A DNA stretch of 64,000 nt from IMG/VR virus record IMGVR_UViG_3300028549_001428. One strand, written 5' to 3'. Position numbers and translations under genes: made by a program. Shown piece after piece: positions 38,930-48,466 of the stretch (within the stretch, counting starts at the first letter, position 1; the number at the start of each line of letters is the position of its first letter). Source of the stretch: a virus. Lineage: Duplodnaviria; Heunggongvirae; Uroviricota; Caudoviricetes. Under the pieces are notes generated by a model. It was not told where the DNA came from and ran no database searches. It worked only from the letters and a program-made list of their open reading frames with translations.

Positions 38930-40345
38930 ATGAAGTTAAGCGATGTTATTATTCAGGTTCCAATAAAGGCTAAAACCGATATTGAATTTTTGTTAAAATA
39001 TAAAAAACCTACATTCCCATGTAATGTCGATTACTTGCTATATATTGTTGGTAAGTTGATTCAAATACCACAATTTAATGCAAAATTGAAGAATTTGAAT
39101 AAAGTTCCTATGTATTCAGTGATTTTGCGATATGAATTGGGTAAAAACTACAAAAAATACATAGATTATCTCATTGATAATAAAGTAATTGAAACTGATA
39201 ATCATTATATTGTATCATCGCCAGAGCATGAAGGTAAATGTAAATGCTACGGTCTTACTAAGAAATACAGATCATCTAATTTGGTGGATCATACAATAAG
39301 TAAGAAATCTCTTTTAAAACAAATTTTAAAATGGAAAGAAAAAGTATTTAATGAATTCGAAAAAGATGAATTGTTAGTTAAATTATACGGAATGATGGAT
39401 GGATTCACTATTGATATCGATTCAGCGACTAATAAATTAGATACAATGCTTGAAAATCACGAAATTAATCAGCGTCAGTATGATATAGAAGTTAGTAAAT
39501 GTAAGAAAATAAATAACAAAAAAGAAACTTCTCTATCATTATTCATAACTAAAGATTCTTATGATAGAGTTCATACTAATTTCACTAATATTTCTAAAGT
39601 AATTAGAGAAAATTACCTCTATCATAATGGAAATAAAGTGAGAGGCATTGATATAATATCTTCACAGGCATCATTATTATGTTCATTATTCACTGAGTAC
39701 AGAGATTCACTGAAATATGTAAATGAAAATCCATTTGAAGTTATAGATTTACCTAAAAATGTTGATGTTAGAGATAAATACGTCAATAAATTGAATAAAT
39801 ATACAGGTCCTGATATATATGTAGATATAAATCGTACTGTTAATTATTTTGATTTAGATCCTACTACTATGATTGCAAAAACATCAAAGGAAATTTCTAA
39901 ATATATTCAGGCAATGTGCTCTGAAGGTATTTATGAATTTTTTCAATATAAATATGATGAAATGTTTGGTGTTAATAAAGATCGTAAAGATGTTAAGAAG
40001 AAATGGATTTCCTATATATTTGGTAAATCGTATTCAACTAAACCAGCCAATGAAGAATCATATATGATTTATATGATATGGAATGCTGAATTTCCTATGC
40101 TAAATAACATATTAAATCATTTTAAATCATCTGATTATAAAACTCTTGCACATACACTACAAAGAAATGAAGCAAATTTAATATTCAATAAGGTGTGTCC
40201 AGCGATAGATACTGAATTATCTATCGAATATTGTACTGTTCATGATTCTATCATAGTTGAAGAACAATATTGCGAACAAGTATCCGAAATATTTGATAGA
40301 GTACTTGCTGAAAACAACATAATTACGAATGTAAAAATTGATTAA
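38930..40345 (+). CDS. Family-A polymerase-fold protein without exonuclease (possible replication initiator)
   Basis: 'DRVHT', motif A 'GIDIISSQ', motif B 'R..VKK...YIFG', 'LQRNEA', motif C 'TVHDSI'; ATG 38930 follows TATATT-N6. Confidence 0.6.
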   Translation: MKLSDVIIQVPIKAKTDIEFLLKYKKPTFPCNVDYLLYIVGKLIQIPQFNAKLKNLNKVPMYSVILRYELGKNYKKYIDYLIDNKVIETDNHYIVSSPEHEGKCKCYGLTKKYRSSNLVDHTISKKSLLKQILKWKEKVFNEFEKDELLVKLYGMMDGFTIDIDSATNKLDTMLENHEINQRQYDIEVSKCKKINNKKETSLSLFITKDSYDRVHTNFTNISKVIRENYLYHNGNKVRGIDIISSQASLLCSLFTEYRDSLKYVNENPFEVIDLPKNVDVRDKYVNKLNKYTGPDIYVDINRTVNYFDLDPTTMIAKTSKEISKYIQAMCSEGIYEFFQYKYDEMFGVNKDRKDVKKKWISYIFGKSYSTKPANEESYMIYMIWNAEFPMLNNILNHFKSSDYKTLAHTLQRNEANLIFNKVCPAIDTELSIEYCTVHDSIIVEEQYCEQVSEIFDRVLAENNIITNVKID

Positions 40346-40386
40346 TAATAACATATATTTCATATATATCCAAAATTGGAGAAAAT

Positions 40387-40623
40387 ATGAAACGTGTAGG
40401 TATTATAGAAGTAAGTGTTGATACAGTAAAGGTAATTGGATTCGGTGGATTAAATGGCACCAGTACCGTATATGACGATGATTTGGGATTAGATGTCTCA
40501 GTTACTAAAGTTCTATTAGATAATGGAACTGAATTTTTAGTAAAGGATTCTATTATAGGTGATGAAGACGCTATACTAAAAAACATCAGTGAATATAAGG
40601 CAAAAGGGTATAAACTTATTTAA
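40387..40623 (+). CDS. Hypothetical protein
   Basis: GGAG RBS. Confidence 0.55.
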   Translation: MKRVGIIEVSVDTVKVIGFGGLNGTSTVYDDDLGLDVSVTKVLLDNGTEFLVKDSIIGDEDAILKNISEYKAKGYKLI

Positions 40624-40673
40624 CTAAAATATAAACTATCGCAGTAACAACGTCCTGACAAGGAAGTATTTTT

Positions 40674-40949
40674 ATGGACACAAATTGGTTCAATGTAAAA
40701 ATAGATGGTAATTCGAAAAGTAATGACTTATTAGAAAAACCAAATAAACTAGGTAAATATGGAAAAAGAAGTGAATTAGAACCACTTTTACGAAGATTAT
40801 ATAAAGATAGACGAGAAACTGATCAATTATTGTCACATATTAAATATACAGTAGAAACATTTAGATCACATTTTTCAAAAGAAGATAATGAAGGTATGAT
40901 ACATAACTGTAATGCTATACTGCAAAAAATAAATGCAAATTTAGATTAA
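40674..40949 (+). CDS. Hypothetical late protein
   Basis: TATAAACTA at 40630; AGGA RBS. Confidence 0.55.
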   Translation: MDTNWFNVKIDGNSKSNDLLEKPNKLGKYGKRSELEPLLRRLYKDRRETDQLLSHIKYTVETFRSHFSKEDNEGMIHNCNAILQKINANLD

Positions 40950-41389
40950 AATAGACTCTCTAGTAATAGAGAGTTTCTTTTTTCCATAATTAATTTACCT
41001 AGCATATTATTTCCTACAGGTGGATCTGATTTTAAATCAACTCCCCAAAATCTGTCATTCCACCAATTACCCTCTTGAATATATTCATTACCTGTACTTA
41101 ATAATAATTCACGATATGGCTCTTGGCTATATTTTTGATCTATACATACTTTCATAACTGAAAGTTTTAATGTATTCCATTCTGGAGATAAAACTAACTC
41201 TCTACCTTTTCGTTTTATGATACGTGGGTTGGGTTCAGTTTTACAAACCATTTTCCATTCGGGGTCTGATGATTTAGCTGATACATACGCATGTTCTACA
41301 GATGCATATTCAATATTGTCAATAATAATTTTACATGGTTCCATATTGGATAACCATTTATACTCATCTGATTTAAAATGCTCGATCAT
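40946..41389 (-). CDS. NADAR (YbiA) family protein
   Basis: 'WLSN', 'YASVEHAY', 'LLLSTG...EGNWWNDRFWG...GNNMLGKLIM'. Confidence 0.9.
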   Translation of the reverse strand: MIEHFKSDEYKWLSNMEPCKIIIDNIEYASVEHAYVSAKSSDPEWKMVCKTEPNPRIIKRKGRELVLSPEWNTLKLSVMKVCIDQKYSQEPYRELLLSTGNEYIQEGNWWNDRFWGVDLKSDPPVGNNMLGKLIMEKRNSLLLESLF

Positions 41390-41424
41390 ATTAAAAATAT
41401 AGCAATTTTTGCTATATTTGTATC

Positions 41425-42486
41425 ATGTTTACAATAGTTATACCATATTATGATACAAATTCTTCGTATAGACAACGAAACTTATTTAAAGTTATACGAA
41501 ACTACAAATCTATAGCTCCTGACTTTGATATAATAATAGTTGAACAAAATGGTAATGAGCAACTAGAAGATATCATCGAAGATGAGTATAAATGTAAATA
41601 CTTAAATGTTCGTATGGATTATGATTTATTTCATAAGACCAGATTATTAAATTATGCTATTGATAATTGTGAAAGCGAATATATAATAATGGCTGATGCT
41701 GATTGTATTATCACACCAACCGCTATTCAGTCACTAAAGAATGAACATTCAATGGGTAGTATTGTATATCCATTTAATTCAGTTGATTATTACAGTGAAG
41801 CACATACCAGAAAATTAATTGGTTATACACCTGTAGAAAAATCATATAAAGTTGATCGTGGGTTGCCATTAAAGAGATTTACAGGTATGGTTAATTGCTT
41901 TAGTAGATCTACTTATGAGGATGTAGGTAAATTTGATGAGGATATAATTGGATGGGGTTCTGAAGATGATGTATTCTTAATGAAATGTGAACGCCTGGTA
42001 TCACCTTCATATAGAACTCAATTAGATTCACCATTAATTCATTTATTCCATCCAAAAAGCGATACTGATGATTACAAGAAAAGTAATCAATTTATGAAAA
42101 ATAAAAAGATAAGTGCTTTAATCAAACGAATGGATATAGATGATTTGAAATCATATACAACTGATTCATCTACACTACCAAAGTTAATAAGCAAATACGA
42201 AGCAACTGATAGATTAAGTTTGATTATTAAATGGAAGTTCAAGAATGTAGTCGTGACATTTGACTCCACTATATACGATATGGAAACATTTGACAATCTC
42301 AGTGTTGGAAAAATTTTACGCACTATATACGATGTAGATGGATATGACTTCATGATGAGTATCGTAAAAGAAATTCATACAAAGGTTACTGACCTAGATA
42401 GTAACGACATCAATGAAATCAACGAATGTATCGCAATGTGTTCAAAATCACATGGTGATCTTCATCACCCTACAATCAATAAATAA
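41425..42486 (+). CDS. GT-A glycosyltransferase (GT2/GT7-like)
   Basis: 'IVIPY', 'IIIVEQ', 'DAD', 'FDE...GWGSED', 'HLFHP'. Confidence 0.85.
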   Translation: MFTIVIPYYDTNSSYRQRNLFKVIRNYKSIAPDFDIIIVEQNGNEQLEDIIEDEYKCKYLNVRMDYDLFHKTRLLNYAIDNCESEYIIMADADCIITPTAIQSLKNEHSMGSIVYPFNSVDYYSEAHTRKLIGYTPVEKSYKVDRGLPLKRFTGMVNCFSRSTYEDVGKFDEDIIGWGSEDDVFLMKCERLVSPSYRTQLDSPLIHLFHPKSDTDDYKKSNQFMKNKKISALIKRMDIDDLKSYTTDSSTLPKLISKYEATDRLSLIIKWKFKNVVVTFDSTIYDMETFDNLSVGKILRTIYDVDGYDFMMSIVKEIHTKVTDLDSNDINEINECIAMCSKSHGDLHHPTINK

Positions 42487-42529
42487 ATGTCTATATTGAT
42501 TATATAGACACACAATCAAGGAGTTTATT

Positions 42530-43411
42530 ATGGAATTAATAGCAGCAGGTACAGGATCAGCATTTACAATGAAAAATTGGCAATCCAATTTTGTCATCAG
42601 ACAAAATGGCAAGTGTTTATTGATTGATTGTGGCGGTGATATTCGTCAAGCATTAGCTGAATTGGGAATTCCAATTAGTGAACTTGATGTGTATATTTCT
42701 CACGCACATGCTGACCATATTGGTGGATTGGAATGGTTGGGATTCTGTACATTATTTAATCCAACATTAAAAAAACCAAGGATTTATGGTGAAGTCAATT
42801 TACTAAAGGACTTATGGAATAAGAGTTTAGTTGGTGGTATGGAAGGATTAGAAGGGACTAAATATACAGAAGTTGGTGGTGATGGCGTTCTACTATCAAC
42901 ATATTTCGATGTACATCCTGTATATACTAACAGTAGCTTCATATGGGAAGGAATTAGATTTGATATAGTTCAAAGTGTTCATATAACGGCAAAATATGCA
43001 TTATCTAATTCATTTGGTCTTATGTGGACAGACCCAGATACTAATGAACGGATTTATGTAACTACTGATTGTCAGTATTCACCCGAAGCGTCTATGAGAG
43101 CTTTCTATCAAGAAGCCGATCATATTTTCCAAGATTGTGAAACATCTCCATTTAAGTCAGGTGTTCATGCTAATTATAGTGATTTAAAAACTCTTCCATC
43201 AGAAATGAAAAAGAAAATGTGGTTATATCATTATCAAGATAATGTTATCGATGAATGGGATGTGTGGAATGAACGTGCAATTGCAGATGGGTTCCGTGGA
43301 TTCTTAAAAACAGGTGCTGTATTTTCTAGAAATTATATAGCACAGGAAGGTGGGTTTGTAGGTAATATAATTCACAGATTACTGAACCGTGATAAGATGG
43401 GATTATCGTGA
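42530..43411 (+). CDS. MBL-fold hydrolase, Apyc1 (anti-Pycsar)-like
   Basis: 'GTGSAF', 'LLIDCG', 'SHAHADHIGGLE', 'LWNKSLVGG', 'FQDC', 'GVHA', 'LYHYQDN' match the Apyc1 family pattern as recalled. Confidence 0.75.
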   Translation: MELIAAGTGSAFTMKNWQSNFVIRQNGKCLLIDCGGDIRQALAELGIPISELDVYISHAHADHIGGLEWLGFCTLFNPTLKKPRIYGEVNLLKDLWNKSLVGGMEGLEGTKYTEVGGDGVLLSTYFDVHPVYTNSSFIWEGIRFDIVQSVHITAKYALSNSFGLMWTDPDTNERIYVTTDCQYSPEASMRAFYQEADHIFQDCETSPFKSGVHANYSDLKTLPSEMKKKMWLYHYQDNVIDEWDVWNERAIADGFRGFLKTGAVFSRNYIAQEGGFVGNIIHRLLNRDKMGLS

Positions 43412-43512
43412 TTTCGGAGTAGAAATATCACGGTCTTTGATTGCTTAATGAATGATATAATATATGTCAGAAAAAACGTGTGTTATTAGATAGAATTATG
43501 TATATTTAATGT

Positions 43513-43788
43513 AGAATAGCTGAAAGTGTTATTCACCCCTCGTTTGAATACTAAGGGGCTTGTTAATTTGGAAGTTTTGTCAGCTTCGTTAGAATTCACG
43601 AGATATATTGAATGATTGACTAGCTTACTTCTGCCTTTGACTCGTAAGAGACAATTGTAAGAAAAACTGAACTGAATGTACGTGACAGTACGAAATACAC
43701 CCTCTGGTGCTCGTCTAGCTGGAGGCTCTGAGTCGGTCAGTAGCGAAGATGTATATATACCCTCGTAAGAGGTGCTCCCTTACGGGAA
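43513..43788 (+). ncRNA. Stand-alone omega-RNA (IsrB type) with ~15-nt guide
   Basis: Scaffold from 43528 is colinear with the omega-RNA at 45302 (shared CTCTGGTGCTCGTCTAGCTGGAG, CGAAGATGTATATATACCCTCGTAAGAGGTG); TATATT at 43501. Confidence 0.85.
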
Positions 43789-43820
43789 AAGAAGACTGCG
43801 TAGAAATACGTAGTCTTTTT
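43787..43820 (+). terminator. Intrinsic terminator of the stand-alone omega-RNA
   Basis: AAGACTGCGTA-GAAA-TACGTAGTCTT-TTT. Confidence 0.8.
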
Positions 43821-43957
43821 ATTGATAAAACTAAATTATTTTCTATATTATATCACCATTATCTCATGGAGTGAGAAAGTATGAACGTAAAGCGAGAATA
43901 TATAAATTTCTCAATATAAATACTGATACAATTGATATTTTTTGATATATTTACCGT

Positions 43958-44941
43958 ATGAGTATTAACTATTATACAGTTTTAGGCGTTCAATCAACAG
44001 CAGATATAAGCGAAGTAAAATCAGCTTATAAAAAATTGGCAATTCAATATCATCCAGATAAATCACCTGGATTTGAAGATAAATTCAAAGAAATTAATGA
44101 AGCATATTCAGTTTTATCTGATGATAAAAAACGAGCTGATTATGATTCTAAATTAACCTTTTCATCCACATTTAAGAGATGGGGATATGCATTCGGTGAA
44201 TCAACCGTAGCAAAAGATTTTGGTAAATCATACAAACAAGAACCACCTAAAGGTAAACCATATAAATATCAACTAAAGGTGACTCTGGATGATTGTATAA
44301 ATGGTTCTACTATAGAGCGAGATATAATATATAACGCAAAATGTCCGATGTGTGATGGCACAGGGGCTAGAACTCGAAAGACATGTCCTGTATGCAATGG
44401 TATGGCAGCCGTTAAGAAAATAGTTAATGGTGAGTATGTCGTAGTTCAATGTGAAAATTGCCATAGTACTGGAAACGTTATTAACGATGTATGTTTGCAT
44501 TGTAAAGGTAAATCAATTATAAAAAAGACTCAAACAATAAAGATAAAAATACCAGTAGGCGCAACCCATAATCAAATAATCAAATTACCAGGATTAGGTA
44601 ATGCAGGTGTATTTGGTGGTGCTAGAGGTGATTTACATCTGAATATACATCAGCTAGAAGATAGTAGATATACACGAACTGGTGATGACTTACATATTAA
44701 ATATGATGTAAGTGCAATAGATTTAATACTAGGTAAAACATTTGATGTAGAAACACCGACTGGTAATATAACCGTAACGATACCAGCAGGTACACAACCA
44801 ACAGCAAAAATACGGGTAAAGAATAAAGGAATTAACGGTGGTAACTTCTATATTGCATTTAAAATGGTAATTCCTACTCAATTATCGCCTGATGAACTAG
44901 AATTATATACAAAATTAAGAAACTTAGAGTTTTCTATTTAA
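43958..44941 (+). CDS. dnaJ: DnaJ co-chaperone
   Basis: J domain with HPD; four CxxCxGxG-like repeats; C-terminal domain. Confidence 0.9.
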   Translation: MSINYYTVLGVQSTADISEVKSAYKKLAIQYHPDKSPGFEDKFKEINEAYSVLSDDKKRADYDSKLTFSSTFKRWGYAFGESTVAKDFGKSYKQEPPKGKPYKYQLKVTLDDCINGSTIERDIIYNAKCPMCDGTGARTRKTCPVCNGMAAVKKIVNGEYVVVQCENCHSTGNVINDVCLHCKGKSIIKKTQTIKIKIPVGATHNQIIKLPGLGNAGVFGGARGDLHLNIHQLEDSRYTRTGDDLHIKYDVSAIDLILGKTFDVETPTGNITVTIPAGTQPTAKIRVKNKGINGGNFYIAFKMVIPTQLSPDELELYTKLRNLEFSI

Positions 44942-44987
44942 CAATAATTTATATTTTAAGTAACATAATTATAAAGGATGCTATCAA

Positions 44988-45341
44988 ATGAAGCTAACAT
45001 TAGAAGAAAGATTTAACCTAAGTCGTTACAGCAGAAAATTGCCATGTACATTAGGACTTAGATTGGCTATAAGTGATTTTTTGGCACAGATTGAAATAAC
45101 TGCCGATGAATTAAAGACATATGATGTTCAAATCACGCCTAATTTATTCACATGTACCGATCCAACTTATACAGTAACGTATGAATCATTCCCTTCAGCA
45201 GTTGTTGAGTCAATGAAGCGATATGTATCTATCGTTGATAATGAAAAAAATGCGGATAATATATTATTACATAAAATCATTGAAACATTTAAGAAAGTAA
45301 TGTCAATCACCCCTGAGTTAAAGACTCAGGGGCTTGTGTAA
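44988..45341 (+). CDS. Hypothetical protein; last 13-14 codons derive from the inserted element
   Basis: ORF runs into the element's left end at 45302. Confidence 0.55.
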   Translation: MKLTLEERFNLSRYSRKLPCTLGLRLAISDFLAQIEITADELKTYDVQITPNLFTCTDPTYTVTYESFPSAVVESMKRYVSIVDNEKNADNILLHKIIETFKKVMSITPELKTQGLV

Positions 45342-45560
45342 TCTGAAGATTTGTCATCTTCGTGAAAATTAACAGGATATACTGAACTGATTGAACTAGT
45401 CTAAGTGAGTTTCGTTCCGTAAGGAACGAAATATAACAAACTGAATCATTGTACGTGACTGTACAATCACTCTCTGGTGCTCGTCTAGCTGGAGATCAAG
45501 TGAGGTGGTCAGTGACGAAGATGTATATATACCCTCGTAAGAGGTGTGTCCTTACGGACA
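45302..45560 (+). ncRNA. Cognate omega-RNA scaffold of IsrB; guide is the flank ending at 45301
   Basis: Starts GTCAATCACCCC; multiple hairpins; directly upstream of isrB. Confidence 0.85.
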
Positions 45561-45575
45561 AATTTTAGGAAGTGA

Positions 45576-46589
45576 ATGATGTTAGTAGGAGTTGCATATA
45601 ATGGACAGGCTTTGATGCCAACCTCGCCCCAAAGGGCGAGGCTGCTTATTGCGTCCAGAAATGCAACTCCTTACATTCATAAAGGTGTCTTCTGTATCAG
45701 GTTGAATAGAGCACCTTCTAATAATAAAACTCAACCAATAGCTATCGGGATTGATCCGGGATCAAAGAAAGAAGGAATTTCAGTAGTCACTAATACAAAA
45801 ACTGTATTGAACATACAGTTAAATGCAGTCTCTTGGGTTAAGGATGCTGTAGAATCCCGAAGAAATGCTCGTAGAGCGAGAAGACAACGGAATACCCCTT
45901 GTAGAAATCCACAAGAGAATTATAATGAAGTTGGGTTTATGCCACCTTCAACTAAAGCTAGATGGCAATCTAAACTTAATCTAATTAAATCATTGAAATC
46001 AATCTTTCCTATTTCTATCTGCGTAGTAGAAGACATTAAGGCTAAGACATTGAAGGGAAAGGCTAAATGGAATGTTTCATTTAGTCCATTGGAAGTTGGA
46101 AAGAAATGGTTTTATAATCAAATAGAATCACTTGGATTAAATTTAGTGTTGAAGGAAGGATTTGAAACTGCTGAGTTGCGGAAGCAACACAGCCTTTCAA
46201 AATCCAAACAAAAATTATCAGATAAATGGGACGCTCATTGTGTCGATTCTTGGGTTCTTGCTTCATCGCAGATGACAACATTACCAACTATTGACAAGAC
46301 AATGATATTAATTAAACCAATGCAGTTCCATAGAAGGCAATTACATGCATACCAACCTGCTAAAGGTGGTATTCGTAGACCCTACGGGTCAACAAGATCA
46401 ATGGGATTTAGAAGAGGAAGTATTGTTTCTCATCCAAAATTTGGAATTTGCACCATAGGTGGAACTTCCAAAACCAAAATCAGTTTGCATAATTTACAAA
46501 CTGGTAAACGCTTAACTCAGAATTCTTTAAGTTCTGATGTTAAGTTTAAAGCATTTAACAATTATAACATTTTTATACCCCGAAGCTAA
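45576..46589 (+). CDS. isrB: IsrB RNA-guided nickase
   Basis: PLMP-like 'ALMPT', RuvC-I 'IGIDPG', bridge helix 'RRNARRARRQR', RuvC-II 'VVED', RuvC-III 'HCVD'; no HNH; 337 aa. Confidence 0.9.
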   Translation: MMLVGVAYNGQALMPTSPQRARLLIASRNATPYIHKGVFCIRLNRAPSNNKTQPIAIGIDPGSKKEGISVVTNTKTVLNIQLNAVSWVKDAVESRRNARRARRQRNTPCRNPQENYNEVGFMPPSTKARWQSKLNLIKSLKSIFPISICVVEDIKAKTLKGKAKWNVSFSPLEVGKKWFYNQIESLGLNLVLKEGFETAELRKQHSLSKSKQKLSDKWDAHCVDSWVLASSQMTTLPTIDKTMILIKPMQFHRRQLHAYQPAKGGIRRPYGSTRSMGFRRGSIVSHPKFGICTIGGTSKTKISLHNLQTGKRLTQNSLSSDVKFKAFNNYNIFIPRS

Positions 46590-46615
46590 AGACTTCGGGG
46601 TTTCATGAGGGATAT

Positions 46616-47611
46616 ATGAAATTAACTGACAGTGTAAATGCGATCTATAATATAGATTTAGATCAATCTATTATTGAATTCAAAACCGAATTCAATAATA
46701 TTTCTAAATTACCTGATCCAACAGGTAGTCATACATTTACTATATCATCATATGAAGATAATAAAGTTATTACTGAAGTTTTTTTCTGTAGTGTTTATAG
46801 CAAAACTGTATTAATATATGCATCGCAGGTTGCAGTTGAAGTAAATATTGGAAATAAACAAAATACTGATCCTGATGATACCACAGTAGAATATGAAATT
46901 ACTGGTGGTTCGGTTAATGATATTGGTGGTTCATTTATAGAACAATTAGCTAATGAAAATAAATCATCTGCATATTATATTGGTAGACACTTAAATAATG
47001 ATAACTTAGATGATCATGTATCCAATTTGATAAATAATAACCTACATGAACTGAATCCATTAGTATTAGATAACGACCTCCGTAATAATATAATAAATAT
47101 GACACATCCTGATATAAAATTGATTTATAGCAAGACTGTGAATAGCGTTTATTATGATATATATACTATACCATCTAATAGTACATTTAAAATACAACAG
47201 GTAGATGGTATTGATGATGTTGATAACCATAACATAGTTGATGTTGTTATTGTTTCTAGTAATCCTGATTTGGTATATTTAGGTGATTGTTGTAATTCTC
47301 GTGGATTTTATTATAGAATATATGCATTAAACAATTCAGACGAATTATCATGTGCTATTGATATATTGAATGCCGAAACTGATGATATAGATAATTTAGT
47401 CATTGATTATACCGAGCTGGTTGATATATCAGTTGATTTTTTCAATGAACGAATGAATATGTTCAAGAGTGATGTAAATATAGCAATTGAAAAAGAAGAA
47501 CTGCCCGTTGGACTTGATGAAAATCCATACTCAAATAGATATTTTGATGTAGATAAGGCAGTAAATCAAAAAGAACCATTAAAGATGTCACGCAGATTAG
47601 GTGAAGGATAA
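46616..47611 (+). CDS. Hypothetical protein
   Basis: 331-aa ORF. Confidence 0.6.
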   Translation: MKLTDSVNAIYNIDLDQSIIEFKTEFNNISKLPDPTGSHTFTISSYEDNKVITEVFFCSVYSKTVLIYASQVAVEVNIGNKQNTDPDDTTVEYEITGGSVNDIGGSFIEQLANENKSSAYYIGRHLNNDNLDDHVSNLINNNLHELNPLVLDNDLRNNIINMTHPDIKLIYSKTVNSVYYDIYTIPSNSTFKIQQVDGIDDVDNHNIVDVVIVSSNPDLVYLGDCCNSRGFYYRIYALNNSDELSCAIDILNAETDDIDNLVIDYTELVDISVDFFNERMNMFKSDVNIAIEKEELPVGLDENPYSNRYFDVDKAVNQKEPLKMSRRLGEG

Positions 47612-47614
47612 TAA

Positions 47615-48400
47615 ATGCAAGTATATAAATTTAACTCCGTATTCGATCATGTAGCTATCACATTACATGAATTATTCGATAAAAATCCTAAATTCGATAA
47701 GACATTATTTGTATTAGGATATAATGTACTAAAAGATTTAAACTTTTTACGTCAACAATATAAAGGGTATAAGATAATTATATACCAACTTGAACAATTG
47801 CATGATAAATCATATTGGGCTAATAAGCAATCATTTAATAATTTGAAACAAGCTGATGAAATTTGGGATTATGATAGAAGTAATATCGAATGGATGGCTA
47901 AAAATTTTGGTATTCAGGCGCATTTTTTACCAATATTATATACAAATAGCTTAAAAACAATGGACCCCGTAGAGGTTGTTAAGCCAGATATTGACGTATT
48001 ATTCTATGGTTATACTCAAGAAAGACGTGCACGTATGATTTTTACCATGCAACAAAAAATGGCTGGTAAATTTAAGGTTTTTAATATGTATGGTATTTGG
48101 GGGAAAGAATTGGATGAATATATCTCCCGAAGCAAGTTAATTATAAATATACATGCAGATGAAATTGCTAAACAAGAACAAGTTAGAATGTATTATCCTG
48201 TTATTAATGGTAGATGTGTATTGAGTGAATTGAGTCCAACTAACTATTTAGGTGATTCTATTATTCAAGTACCATATGAGAAAATGGTAGATGCTACTAT
48301 AAAAATACTTGAAAGCGATAAATGGAAATCACAGGCATTAAAATGTTCTGATATATATAAAAACATATCGAATGAGTATAAAAACAAACTAAAAATGTAA
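47615..48400 (+). CDS. Glycosyltransferase-like (GT-B type) protein
   Basis: 'YQLEQL', 'IWDY', 'IDVLFYG', 'SKLIINIH...EQVR...VLSE'. Confidence 0.6.
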   Translation: MQVYKFNSVFDHVAITLHELFDKNPKFDKTLFVLGYNVLKDLNFLRQQYKGYKIIIYQLEQLHDKSYWANKQSFNNLKQADEIWDYDRSNIEWMAKNFGIQAHFLPILYTNSLKTMDPVEVVKPDIDVLFYGYTQERRARMIFTMQQKMAGKFKVFNMYGIWGKELDEYISRSKLIINIHADEIAKQEQVRMYYPVINGRCVLSELSPTNYLGDSIIQVPYEKMVDATIKILESDKWKSQALKCSDIYKNISNEYKNKLKM

Positions 48401-48466
48401 TAACACAATAATTAAACCTATATTTTTATTATAAACTATGGTAAATTGGTTTAATTTTGTAATATT

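Larger units (their letters stand above)
45302..46615 (+). mobile_element. IS200/IS605-superfamily OMEGA element (isrB + omega-RNA, no tnpA)
   Basis: End hairpins CCCCTGAG-TTAAAGA-CTCAGGGG and CCCCGAAG-CTAAAGA-CTTCGGG; right boundary 46604 or 46615. Confidence 0.85.

Noticed and set aside
43869-43884. GAGAAAGT-ATGA as self-target of the stand-alone omega-RNA guide
   Set aside because: Only 6 TAM-proximal bases match; plausible by chance in AT-rich DNA, though worth rechecking
45576-46589. IscB, Cas9 or TnpB call
   Set aside because: No HNH between RuvC-II and RuvC-III, no C-terminal Zn finger; PLMP N-terminus and size fit IsrB
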